From contig LVLI01000319.1 in the NCBI GenBank assembly GCA_001687465.1, positions 62,001 through 103,938 on the forward strand: 41,938 bases of DNA, read 5' to 3'. Origin of the DNA: Halocafeteria seosinensis. Lineage: Eukaryota. The notes beneath the pieces are model-generated. The model did not search any database, was not told the DNA's origin, and saw only the letters and a program-made list of their open reading frames with translations. Position numbers and translations under genes: made by a program. This document shows, piece after piece, positions 22,201 through 31,936 of the stretch; position 1 is the stretch's first letter, and every line of letters begins with the position of its first letter.

Positions 22201-22365
22201 AACCGAGGGTCGCGCTTTCACCTGAGCTTTCGACATCATGTAATGCAGATTCACCACCTGATCACGGCCCCTATCACCTACAACCACCATGAGACACCTT
22301 TGACGCTGTTCCACGGCATTTTCAATCAAGGTTCGGATGCGGTTGTCCACTTTTTTCGTCGGCAT
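19222..22365 (-). CDS. NAT10: RNA cytidine acetyltransferase NAT10/Kre33
   Basis: Intronless 1047-aa ORF with KKVDNRIRTLIEN, AARGRGKSAALG, IDEAAAIPLP, STINGYEGTGRSLSLKL, ASHYKNTPNDLQLMSDAP and RIVRIATHP..GYG. Confidence 0.98.
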   Translation of the reverse strand: MPTKKVDNRIRTLIENAVEQRQRCLMVVVGDRGRDQVVNLHYMMSKAQVKARPSVLWCYNKELGFSTHKQKRMKEVKKLQRKGVYNSDRDDPFELFITSTQIRWCYYKDTDKILGQTYGMLVLQDFEALTPNLLCRTIETVEGGGMVVLLLKTMTSLKQLYTMAMDVHDRFRTEAHQDVVARFNERFLLSLTKCSNSLVVDDELNILPISRNAKDIKSVKNSEEKTASTKEKELQDLKASMEDVEMVGGLVAKAKTLDQAKCVMTNAEAISEKTLRSTVVITAARGRGKSAALGLSIAAAIGFGYSNVFVTSPAPENLKTLFEFVFKGFEALEYKEHIDYEAVASTRPELSKAIIRVNIFRNQRQTIQYIDPSDADKLTTAELVVIDEAAAIPLPVVKRLLGPYLVFMSSTINGYEGTGRSLSLKLVQQLRQEQASTQNGNSSSGTSSRTLREVSLEQPIRYAPDDPIERWLHDLLCLDAAEPYRLVTGLPAPSECELYLVDRDALFSGHKISEAFLHRMMSLYVASHYKNTPNDLQLMSDAPAHRLFALVGPVNHDEPNSIPDILCVIQVCLEGHISKGSVQSSLKRGYRSSGDLIPWTISQQFQDSDFPQLSGARIVRIATHPDATRMGYGKKAMQNLVQYFQGDITPSENAAKGEQELEDSKSGKILAPGGKELEIPKESMLSEEKLKPRKHLPPLMVSLMDAPTVRLHWIGVSFGLTLPLFRFWRKANFVPVYLRQTANELTGEHTAIMLRALKADDLEEGPAPGWEQRFASDFARRYLSLLSYAFRHFDSPTALSVIDAATGGIQKYAEGSPEEISEADKNAVQEWTSLSAQELNLTFTMHDIQRLESYARNLVDYHMITDLLPTLSRIYFLVRLPGINMSRLQSCVLLGLGLQHRSIDEIATELNVPATQLLALFNKAVKKLVNKLKEIQEAEIERTIDKGSASKEDKQGEKAAGREEAVENLGLGQYRVNLDDEKLSKIDKSLQHAAETGGLVSVPVDAKDANTVTPEKRKNKEHKGSEGKRRSSSKASKGKSKKQKPNK

Positions 22366-22669
22366 TTTCGATGTTCACCGAGCCAGCCAGCACACCATTC
22401 GACGGACAAATGATTTGGTCACCCATCGAGCAACTCAGGCTGGCTAAAGTCGATAAAACAAGCCTTATACAGGGACATGAAGTGCTGTGTGTCACCGCAT
22501 GCAGCTTGTGTCAGAGACAATCTTTTCTTTCACTTGGTTATTGCGTTCATTTAAGGCTTCTTTCATTCGTTTGCGAGCATGGTATTGACTGGAAATTCCT
22601 TCAAATTGTGCAATTTGGAGGTTATTGTGCTTTTTTCCTGATATTCTCTGTCCATTTCGTCCGCAAACA

Positions 22670-24858
22670 ATGGTAAGTTGAAGTTGGCCGCTCTGACCCT
22701 TATCCAGCACATGATGATGCTTGTTTTGCTCCATTTCTGCTTGTATGCAGGGGCGTCGTGGCAAGAAGAAGCCCTTTATTGATAAGGACAAAGCTGAGAG
22801 CTTTGTGATGGCTCCACGTAGTCAGAGGGACCCGCGATTCTACGACGAAGATGCCTCCCAATACGTCTTATTGTCGAAAAAACATCAACGTGTACGTAAT
22901 TTCCCCTTATACGCACTCCTCGCCGCAGCATATCGTATGCATTCAGAATGTACGCATTTTCGGCTGGACTTCACCTTGTTATGGACTTCTCACAGGTGGT
23001 GGGAGTGGACGACCAAGGCAAGTTCACATCGATTCCGGTGGAGGAAATGGCCAAAAGTGCTCAACCACGAAAAGAAGGCAAGGCTATATCCACGATAGAC
23101 GAAATGGGGTTTCCCTTGGATGGCTACGACTATCACCAACATCTACGAGGTCGGGAACCGGGCGGAGTCAAACCACGTTCCCAGCAGAACTACACGGAAG
23201 ACAGCACCGTGATTACTGCAGATGGTGAAGTAGTATCTACTCAAGACCAATTTGATCACTCTGTCAATGACTCTGCTTCAGGTGCTGCGGCAGCGTCATC
23301 TTCACAGAGTAGAAGACGTGTGACACTTCCAGCGGATGTCTTGCCAACGGATGAAGAAGTGGATCGTGAGGAGATGTTGGAGAGCATTACAGTGTCTGGA
23401 AAAAGTCTGCCCCCAGCAATTTACCACGCGTTGGAGGAATGGGATCCTGACAGTGAACGGATTGATGAGGAGGAGGAGGGAGGAGACCAAGAATATGAAG
23501 AACTAAATGACGATTTTATTATGCATGCCACCGGGGAGAAAGAAATCCCGGAAGAGTGGTTAAATGAAGAACAGGAAGATGACCTTGAAATCGATAACGG
23601 CGGTATAATCGGTGATTTCGGAATCCCAGGCTTTGATTACGACGCTCACATAGCCAAGTTAATGGCCAAAGCAGAAGAGGAGGACAGACAAGGAGGTGCC
23701 GTCTCAGACGAGCGGGGAGAGGAGGTGGAGCCCTCTGCAGATACTACCGAAGCGGCTGAACGAAATCAACTGGATAGCTACTTGGATGTGGTTCTTGCCC
23801 AATATGATGACATGTATATCGGAGAAGGAGTAGATGATGACGAAGAAGACTCCGAGGAATCGGAGAAGTGCGAAGGAGAAGAGTTAGAAGAGCAAGACGA
23901 AGAAAGGAACGACGACGATGATTTTGACGAAGAGCATACAGGAAGTGTAAAAAGTAGAGGTTTCCAGATTGGAGAATACGTCCCTGGGTATGGTAGAGTG
24001 GTTGGAGCGGCTTTCGCAGAAAATAAAACCTCTAGGATGACGGCTGACAAGGACGATGAAGTCGCGTTGGCCGAGAAAGAAGCTGTCGATTCTGCGATCG
24101 AAGAGTTTAAGAACACGAAAGTTGATGCTACTGCCGTCATTGAAGAAGGAAGGGAGGTGACGCAGCAGTTGAGTAGAGTCAACAATGCAGGTGGTAATGA
24201 GATCGTCGCTCCTTATGGGTGGGGCGAACAAGACCACTCTGAAGAGAAAGATAAAGAGCAACTCAAAGCACTAGAAGCCATGTTCCTTCAAAAGAAGTCG
24301 AAGCCAAAATGGGATGCTGAAACTGTGGTGAGTACCTACAGTAACTTGGATAACCACCCCAAAATAGTCAATTCAAAAACGAAGTCTCTCTTAAAACCGC
24401 AAAAATTGGAAGAAGAGAGTGCCGAAGAACCTGTTGCTGCGACTGTCGAAAGCAGAAATGATAACGGGGAGCCACCTGCGGCAACCGCGGCGTTTAAAGT
24501 ATCCATACCGCCCAGTGGTGGTGGAACGCTGCAATACGCGTCAGAGAAATCGGCCCAAGAGGAGGCACCATCAAACCGAGATTCCTTTAACCAACCAACA
24601 GATGAGGCCGCGGAAGAAAGCACAGAGAGTAACGACGATCGCATTGAAGCGAGTATACCTGTGCGAAATCCCAAAGAGACACGGGAAGAAAAGAGATACC
24701 GAAAACAGTTAGCTAAGGAACAACGTCGACGGCGACGTCAAGAGAAGAAAGAGTTAAAGAAAGCCTTCAAGTCGGAAGAAGAGAGACAGACAAGGCAACA
24801 GATAGGTGAATCAAAAGCAGCCGGGGTACCAGCGGGCACGAGTGTGTTTGGCGTATAG
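22670..24858 (+). CDS. LTV1: LTV1 pre-40S ribosome biogenesis factor
   Basis: ATG|intron 22673-22750|GRRGKKKPFIDK...RSQRDP. Intron 22892-22995. Motifs DGYDYHQHLR, ELNDDFI, KWDAETVVSTYSNLDNHP and ETREEKRYRK...RRQEKKELKKAFKSEE. Confidence 0.95.
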
Positions 24859-24890
24859 CGTAGTGTAAACATGCAATGCGTTATGTGGCT

Positions 24891-27449
24891 CTATTTTTCA
24901 CGATCTCTGATCCGAGCTATCTGAGTATATACTGCGACAAGTATCTGTCTATGCGTCATTCCCAGCTCGCTTGGTTGCATATCGTCCGTCTTGAGAAGCT
25001 TCCATATATAAGAGCTTTCCATTACACCATACATTCTAATGACAGAATTTAAATCCTTCTTAGTCAGTGCACGGAAGGCGGAGTTGAATAGTTTTAAATA
25101 GCCGTAGTATTCGAGAGCCAGGGTCAAGTGATGATCGCTTGTTGATGTTACAACAGATAACATGTTCTCTGATTTCAGGTTACCCGTCAAACTGAGCGGC
25201 ATGTCAACGTCCACCCATGCCTTTACGTCTTTGGTAATGTCTATCTGTATAGCTTCCGCCGCCTCTGTTGCCGCTTTTAGTGTCTCCTCAATGGAGGCCT
25301 TGTGAATCAGTATCTGCTCAAGCGCATACTCCAGGATGAGCCCCAGAGAAATGACTACTTCCCTAGCGCTTTCGTGCCATTGCTCCAACCTGGTATCCTG
25401 TACGAATTTAGATCCTACGGGTGATTTTCGAGGAGTGTTCATTTCGTTCGCCACACCTTTCTCCGGAATAGTTTGCCGATAAAGTTCTGTGGAGCGAAGA
25501 CTCTGCAATTTGCTTTCCGCAGCAGCTCGATCGCCTTCATAGAGAGAAAGTCCTGCTGGGGATTGTGTTTCATATTCCTGCCTTCCCTCACTGGTAATAT
25601 CCGGATACGAAAACTGGAGCTTTCGATCAACATTATAGAACAAATGATCCCGAGCGCTCTGTACTCCTTCATTCTTCGAGTATTTCTGCTCCTCGAACGC
25701 GGCCTGCAAATTGAAAAATGATCCGGTACTTTGATATTGCGTGCTTGTGCTGCGCAAAGAAGCAGTAGAACTTTTCCCGGAACTAAAGAGTGGATAGCGT
25801 CCTGCCGCTGTGACGACGGACGGGCTGTTAATGTCAAGTCGCTGTGGCTCGTCAGCCGGCCTACCGAAAACCCATTTTTCCCCTACCCTGGGCCTTCTGA
25901 AACTTCTGTTTTCCCCAGTGCCAAACGTCTCATGCTCTCTACTAAGTTCATCACTCCTAGTAGACTGATTGGCCACATTCTCTAATCTAAGTGTGTTCCG
26001 TGGACAACTTAGCCGTAAGACACTGCGCAACTGTTCTTGATTCAATGACTTCGAACTGTGCAAAGACAAGGATGAGCTAGTTTGTTCACCTTGCAACCGG
26101 TCTTTCTTGCTGCGATGGGTTTCCTCCATACGAAATCGCATTAGAGTGTTGGGTGTGCTTAGTCTTGCAACCGATGTTTTGAGTCTCTCTCCTGAAAGTT
26201 TTGGGGATTTTTTCTGTACAGGCTGATTCCTTTTACGAATCTCAGGAGAGTTGAAAACCAGCTTTTCTCCATCCAGCGCTTCCAAGGATGGAAGATACGC
26301 CCGCAAGCTTGTTTTAATAGATTGCACGCTGTTTGTAGAGTATACTGGGTTCGGGAACAATTCAAGCACCCTCAAGCTTGTCAGAATTGACAGGGGTCTT
26401 AAGTCAATTGTCCTCCTGATAGAATTCTTTGACAGCAGAAGCACAGACAAGTTGGGTGCCTTGCTCAAGACGGTATCGGTAATGTTGTTTTCTCTTACGT
26501 CAAGCACTGTTAACGAAGTGGCGTTTTCTAATGGTGGTAATGAAGTTAAGCCGCATTGTCTCATAGAGAGTTCCCTTAAAGCAGTACATTGCGAAATCCA
26601 CCGAGTGTTTACGGTAGTCATATCCAAGGACACATTCACTAGCTCAATTTTTAGCAAATTGCGCATTTCTGGCAACTCAATAAGCGTTCCTAGCTCGGGA
26701 GATTCAATAGCGATATTTCGCAACTGTAATTCATCAAGCGATTCTCCTTTCTCGCGGATTGAGTCAAGAACTGTACTCCAAGGAATGGATTTAGTGTAGG
26801 ACTTTCTTGTTATGTTGGAATCCTGAGAAATCTCACTCTGAAATGACTTCTTGCGGATAGACATGCTAGAAGCTCCGTGGCCACCGGTGTCATCATGCTT
26901 CTCTTCTCTCTGCTTCGTTTCCGCCGTGCTGTCCAGATTTGGAATGCCATGTTCTCGGGAGTTAGCAGTATCTGCCAGCGTTGCCCTCCGAAAGGAGCTC
27001 GATGAGTAAATAGAGCTGTCTTCCCGCTTCTGTGTTGTATTCAATGCTTGACTGTCATCACCGCTCTCGATTGGTACTTCGTTGGCTGGTAAATTTTCAG
27101 TACTGCCGTTCCAAGAGGACTTGTGCGTACCCTCCGACGGTCGTGCCAAAGCCCCTTCTATGTTCATATGCTTAGGTACGAATGATGATTGACTATCGTC
27201 CAAACTGCTACTAGCGTTGCTGAGAGCACTACAGTTTGAGGCAGCTTCACCCTCACTATCCGCGTCATCAAATGGAGGGTTGTCGTGTGCCGTTTTTCCG
27301 GCATCCTGATCGGTGCTCTTGCTCTTGCTCATGCTCATAGGCTGATCAACTCTGTCATTCGCAGGCCTCGGAGGTGGCGGTGGAGTGTGCAGAGACCTTC
27401 GTGGAGAGTTGCCTGCTGAAGCTGCCGCCATTGTTGTCACGTATGTCAT
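24891..27449 (-). CDS. Protein with SDS22-like leucine-rich repeats in a Ser-rich, low-complexity background
   Basis: 852-aa open ORF with repeats LRELSMRQCGLTSLP, LTVLDVRENNI, LSVLLLSKNSI, LRVLELFPNPV and an LRRcap-like LPSLEALDG. Confidence 0.8.
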   Translation of the reverse strand: MTYVTTMAAASAGNSPRRSLHTPPPPPRPANDRVDQPMSMSKSKSTDQDAGKTAHDNPPFDDADSEGEAASNCSALSNASSSLDDSQSSFVPKHMNIEGALARPSEGTHKSSWNGSTENLPANEVPIESGDDSQALNTTQKREDSSIYSSSSFRRATLADTANSREHGIPNLDSTAETKQREEKHDDTGGHGASSMSIRKKSFQSEISQDSNITRKSYTKSIPWSTVLDSIREKGESLDELQLRNIAIESPELGTLIELPEMRNLLKIELVNVSLDMTTVNTRWISQCTALRELSMRQCGLTSLPPLENATSLTVLDVRENNITDTVLSKAPNLSVLLLSKNSIRRTIDLRPLSILTSLRVLELFPNPVYSTNSVQSIKTSLRAYLPSLEALDGEKLVFNSPEIRKRNQPVQKKSPKLSGERLKTSVARLSTPNTLMRFRMEETHRSKKDRLQGEQTSSSLSLHSSKSLNQEQLRSVLRLSCPRNTLRLENVANQSTRSDELSREHETFGTGENRSFRRPRVGEKWVFGRPADEPQRLDINSPSVVTAAGRYPLFSSGKSSTASLRSTSTQYQSTGSFFNLQAAFEEQKYSKNEGVQSARDHLFYNVDRKLQFSYPDITSEGRQEYETQSPAGLSLYEGDRAAAESKLQSLRSTELYRQTIPEKGVANEMNTPRKSPVGSKFVQDTRLEQWHESAREVVISLGLILEYALEQILIHKASIEETLKAATEAAEAIQIDITKDVKAWVDVDMPLSLTGNLKSENMLSVVTSTSDHHLTLALEYYGYLKLFNSAFRALTKKDLNSVIRMYGVMESSYIWKLLKTDDMQPSELGMTHRQILVAVYTQIARIRDREK

Positions 27450-27726
27450 GTGGTAGAACTCGGTAATGAAAGGGACTTTGAAATAGTATGGATGAGAATC
27501 TATCTCACGTGCGCCTTTTTAAGCATTGTTTCTACCCTCTTGTCCTGCTAACGTTCGTTCTTCTCGAAGCTGGTGTGGCCCGTATTCAGTCCCAATTCTA
27601 ATCATAGGCGGGCTATTTCATCGAAGGCAAAGGACTTTTATCAAATGAGGAATGCGTGAACAATATAGGAGCATTAACCTGTTCAATGATACATTAACAA
27701 CGCTACGGTCAACCTTCAGTGTTGAA

Positions 27727-27740
27727 TTTGCGCGCCAAAA
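27727..27740 (-). promoter_or_regulatory. Putative E2F-type element (TTTTGGCGCGCAAA)
   Basis: Near-palindromic TTTSSCGC-containing site about 280 bp upstream of the LRR gene ATG. Motif match only. Confidence 0.3.
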
Positions 27741-28101
27741 CGGGCCATGTCACAATTTCACTGATGTGGTCAACTTGTCGAGGAGTTGTTTACGAGTTGC
27801 AGGATGTGTTCTATTAGCCAGCGGCTCGATAAGAATCAAAGTTCTGCCCTTTCATATTTACATCTCTAGAGTTGATGGAACTGCGGTTTGATGAACGAGA
27901 ATATCGCGTTGAAGACTTGACGTATCCACTATTGAAGACTCAATTTCTTTGGGAGTCGTACATGGTTGTATGAGGAACTTTTCGACGTTAACATAGCATT
28001 GAACACATAGGAACACCGTAAGCAGTGTGTCGAGGTGCACGTAGGGAGCTGCTTCCCCGCTAGCTTGCATTTCACCAGTCCAGTAGACTGGCAAGGCGAG
28101 T

Positions 28102-28753
28102 TCAATTTCTGGTTTGGTCACCTCCTAAAGCCTCAGCTAAAACGTTCTCTATGTCTTTCCTGAAAGAGTTCCTGGTTGCTGAGTCAAGAATTTCAGAATC
28201 TTCGCTACTACTTGTTTCATAGCTTCGATGAGTAACTTCGTCATAAGTTTCCATGTTGGCGGGGTCGTCCAGAGGACCGTCAACTTTAGTACAGTCCTGC
28301 AGATATATATAACTGGTTACGCTAGATGGGAGTGTAATGTGCCTTTGCGAAATATCCCAGCGGTCAACAAGAATGCGTTCCGTCTGCAAGAAGAGGTAAA
28401 GTGCAACGTTGGAACTCCCGCGCACCACCCAGAATTCCACTTACTGCTCTGTAATAAAATGAGAGATGTACTCCTTCCAGCATGTCAAGAGCCTCGAGTA
28501 CATCATTGTCCACAAAGTACAGTTCCCCCCGTATCTGATATCCAACTCCTGCTTTATCATACACGACAGGAACACAGCGTTCGCCCATGACTCTCAAAGG
28601 GTACCGCGTCTGGGTTCTACATTCGGAAGCACACATGAGGGCTTTATCCTTGTCCATCGCGGGGATCATGTATCGCTCATAGTTTGTGAACCCTCGTTTG
28701 AGAGTGCCATATACGAAAACTAGATTGTATCCACCAAATGACGCGCTTGCCAT
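28102..28753 (-). CDS. GGACT: Gamma-glutamylamine cyclotransferase / AIG2-like protein
   Basis: VFVYGTLKRGFTN, IRGELYFVD and LDMLEG...YYR. Intron 28384-28444 joins the 28102-28440 ORF (SYIYL...ETYD). The C-terminal end is less certain. Confidence 0.85.
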
Positions 28754-29050
28754 ATCAATTCTTCTTGACGTCACACGCCTCTGTATTTATACGTGGTTCC
28801 TAGACTGGTCTAAGCGATAAAAGGTTTTCTATCTCTAGCTTGTACCACTATAGTTTATGGAAGCTGAAACTTGCGTCATATTTCTGTATCTTCGAAGACC
28901 ATAACAATGGGTACAAGGTCCAGAACACTACAGTTTCATGCCCTGGATTGTATTGTTAGTAGCTTTGACTAGAGCTGGAGGACTACCATTTCCATAACAT
29001 CTGAATAATATAAATTGCGTGTATCTTCTACTGGGGGAAAAAGGACAAGC

Positions 29051-29953
29051 ATGCGCGTCTTTAATACTCTACTTTTCGCCGGCGTGGTCGTGGGCACCGC
29101 CTGCTTAGCCGCTGAAGCCGCCAAAAAGAAGGTAAGATATGGCCATATCCACCTGCACATGCCACCTGTACATCCTGTGCAAGTGCAAGACAAACGTATG
29201 TTCGATCGTTCTGACAGGCCGAGATCACCACCAAAGTCTACTTTGACATCGAAATCGACGGGGAAGCCGCCGGTAAGTGGAGTTTTCACGCTGCTGATGC
29301 GCTTAGATGTGAGGTTGAGTATGCTGAGTCTTTAACCGCAGGGCGTATTGTGATGGGACTGTACGGAGATGTTGTCCCAAAGACGGCTGAGAACTTCCGG
29401 GCACTCTGCACTGGAGAGAAAGGAAATGGAAATAGCGGAAAGCCTCTTCACTACAAGGGAACCAAATTCCACCGCGTAATTCCCAACTTCATGCTGCAGG
29501 GTGGCGATTTCACCGTAAGTTTCTGAATAGAATGGATGGATGCATGTTGGTTAACGAGAGGCGTTTCATGCCTCTACCTGACTGCAGCACGGAAATGGCA
29601 TGGGCGGAGAGAGTATCTATGGTGACCGATTCGAGGACGAAAATTTCAAGCTCAAACATACTGGCCCAGGATTGCTCTCGATGGCCAACGCAGGACCCAA
29701 CACCAATGGTTCTCAGTTCTTCATTACCGTTGCGGAAACTCCTTGGTTAAATGGAAAGGTAAGTTAGGAATACTAAATACAGTGTAACACTTCTACGACG
29801 TCCTGGAGCCCTTTGTGTGTTTTCCAGCATGTTGTATTTGGCAAAGTACTAGAGGGCATGGACCTTGTTCGCAAAATCGAGGGTCTTGGAAGTTCCAGTG
29901 GCAAACCATCTGCCACGATCAAGATTGCCGACTCCGGAGAGCTGACTTCCTAA
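29051..29953 (+). CDS. PPIB: ER/secretory cyclophilin (cyclophilin B-like peptidyl-prolyl isomerase)
   Basis: Signal peptide [23 protein letters not shown]. Spliced core [82 protein letters not shown]. Introns 29132-29217, 29273-29341, 29515-29587, 29759-29827. The ORF track misses the core because the exons are short. Confidence 0.95.
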
Positions 29954-30138
29954 GTTCTCACGTATAGCTCCACACTATGGATTCCATAGTATGATAGACA
30001 GACCAACGATTGCCCTAATGAAACATTGTAGCTTTCGTTCATATATATACATAGGTATGTAAACGGTATGTCTGTACAGCTTGCTGTTCAAAGGCCATTT
30101 GGAAAGCCGTGTAGCATACGGTCACTGTAAAACGTACA

Positions 30139-31643
30139 CTACGTATGTATCACCTCCAGATTTGGCATCCCATAAACTCCATAACCCATGTCCCAAGCCA
30201 TTAGGGCTAACCCCTCTGTTTCTATTCTGCCTTCGAAGGGGAATGGAGGAAATACCAGCCCCTCACGGTGGACATCAGCGTAAACTAACAACATCGCCCC
30301 TCCGACGCCACCCATAGGAACTATCTCACCCTCGTTCCGGAGTTGGCTTAGTGTATATTTTTCTGTAAGGAAGATCCAGCTGTGGACACGCTGCATTATA
30401 ACGCGCATGGCAGGTGGTACTTACCTGATTTACCATATCCTTCAAGCTCGAGATTTCTGGAAAACCACTGATACTGCTTGTCCGTCCACATCCAAGAAAA
30501 CTTGCCGATATTTTGTCGAGGATCCCCTTCAAATGGTTTCGTAAAGTCGTTGGGAACAGGGGCCATTAACTTACGACTCCCTGCAGCAGTGTTGTAGTGC
30601 GGTCCGTAAGACCACGAGTTCAGGTCATATGATCGACCGCCCGGTTCCATTACACAATTGGGCACTACCACAGGCCTGCAGGGATTCGACTTAGTACAGA
30701 TATCCCAGCGAAGTCGACCGGGGAATACCACTTACCGTTGTGAACTTATTAACTTTTTCAACGTATCAGTTCCCCATTCTGTTAGATCAATGTCGACCCA
30801 CAGTACCCATTCTTCGTCACGGAGAGCCTGTATCAGCTAACCAAGTCGTCTGCAGATAAGGGGCCATCTGTAAAATGGGAAGCCACTTACAATGTTAAGT
30901 AGGTAATTGCGAGATCGCGCCAGAATCGAACGCCGGATCAATTGGATATTTGCATCGTGTCTCCTTTTGGAGCGCATGAACCCATAGTCCTGTTTTCCAA
31001 TAGTTATTCTCCTAAATTGCTTCTCTAGCTCTGGCCGTCTACTCTGCAAGTCTTCGTATGTGCCTTGCCCACTGGCATCTTGATCCTGACTATCACTGTC
31101 TAAGAATCCAAGACTGATTCTGTGCTTGGGGTAATCTAATTTGTTCAAATTGTTGAAATATCGCTCCAAGTGCCGTTTCGCGTTCTTTACGGGGCTCAGT
31201 ATGAGCACTGTAGGCCACGCTTCAGCTTCACCACCAGTGCTTTCTGCATTTTCTCCCCACGTTGTGCTCCATGACGTTGATCGGGAAGCCCTGGCTTTAG
31301 ATGACGTTCCTCGGAGGGTAGGCTCTTTATACAATTCCATCTTCCTTTCCTTGGCCAAACTTTCCCGCGTCTCTCGTCCCATATCTTCGTCCCCGGGTAG
31401 AATCGGAGGCGGCTGTCGCACGCGATAGTCTCCTAACACGGACAGTACATACATCATACCAAAGAACACCAAAAACGTGAGCATACAGTAACCAAACGCA
31501 TGGCTGCTCGGTAAATTCCTAATGCTTTTCCCTGATACACGGAAAAAGTTCAGTATCCAGGACTTGCATTGAATACTTCGACGCCTCCACGCCGTGTCAG
31601 GTTTGTCATGGTCTCTATCTTTTTCCTGCTGCTTCGACCACAT
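30139..31643 (-). CDS. Anp1/Mnn9/Van1-family (GT62) alpha-mannosyltransferase, type II membrane protein
   Basis: N-terminal TM helix, VLILSPVKN, LDYPKHRISLGFLDSDS, RRSILARSRNYLL, WVLWVDID (DxD), VVPNC, YDLNSW, GVGG...ADVHREGLVFP and IETEGLALMA. Introns 30828-30890, 30676-30735 and 30363-30424. Confidence 0.88.
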
Positions 31644-31936
31644 CGTCTCGAAGAAGAATTCCTTTACGTGCAGAGAAAGTATGTCTTAACATTGAGAAAA
31701 GGAATTCTCCTTCTGCTTCGTCCAGGAATCCTTCTCGGGCATGCCGCATTCCTTCCAGGTCAACTTCAACCTGTTGTTGCCATGCTTAGCGCTGTTGCAG
31801 CCTGTTTGTGGGATGCCTCACGGCAGATTTCTTACTATCATTATGTGCAAGAGATAGAGACTGTGTTCTAGGGTTTGGATGGATAATTCCTCTCTGTCTT
31901 GGTTGATTCTCGTGCGTTCAGGACACAGAGCCAGTG

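Noticed and set aside
27685..27764. Possible C/D snoRNA: ATGATA...CTGA with AATTTGCGCGCC complementary to 18S rRNA (GGCGCGCAAATT)
   Set aside because: The antisense stretch is not followed by a D/D' box, the C box is imperfect and there is no good terminal stem. An E2F-like site or chance explains it equally well.
28766..28773. CRE-like TGACGTCA in the GGACT/PPIB divergent promoter
   Set aside because: A single 8-mer is expected about once by chance in a window this size, and it lies very close to the GGACT ATG.
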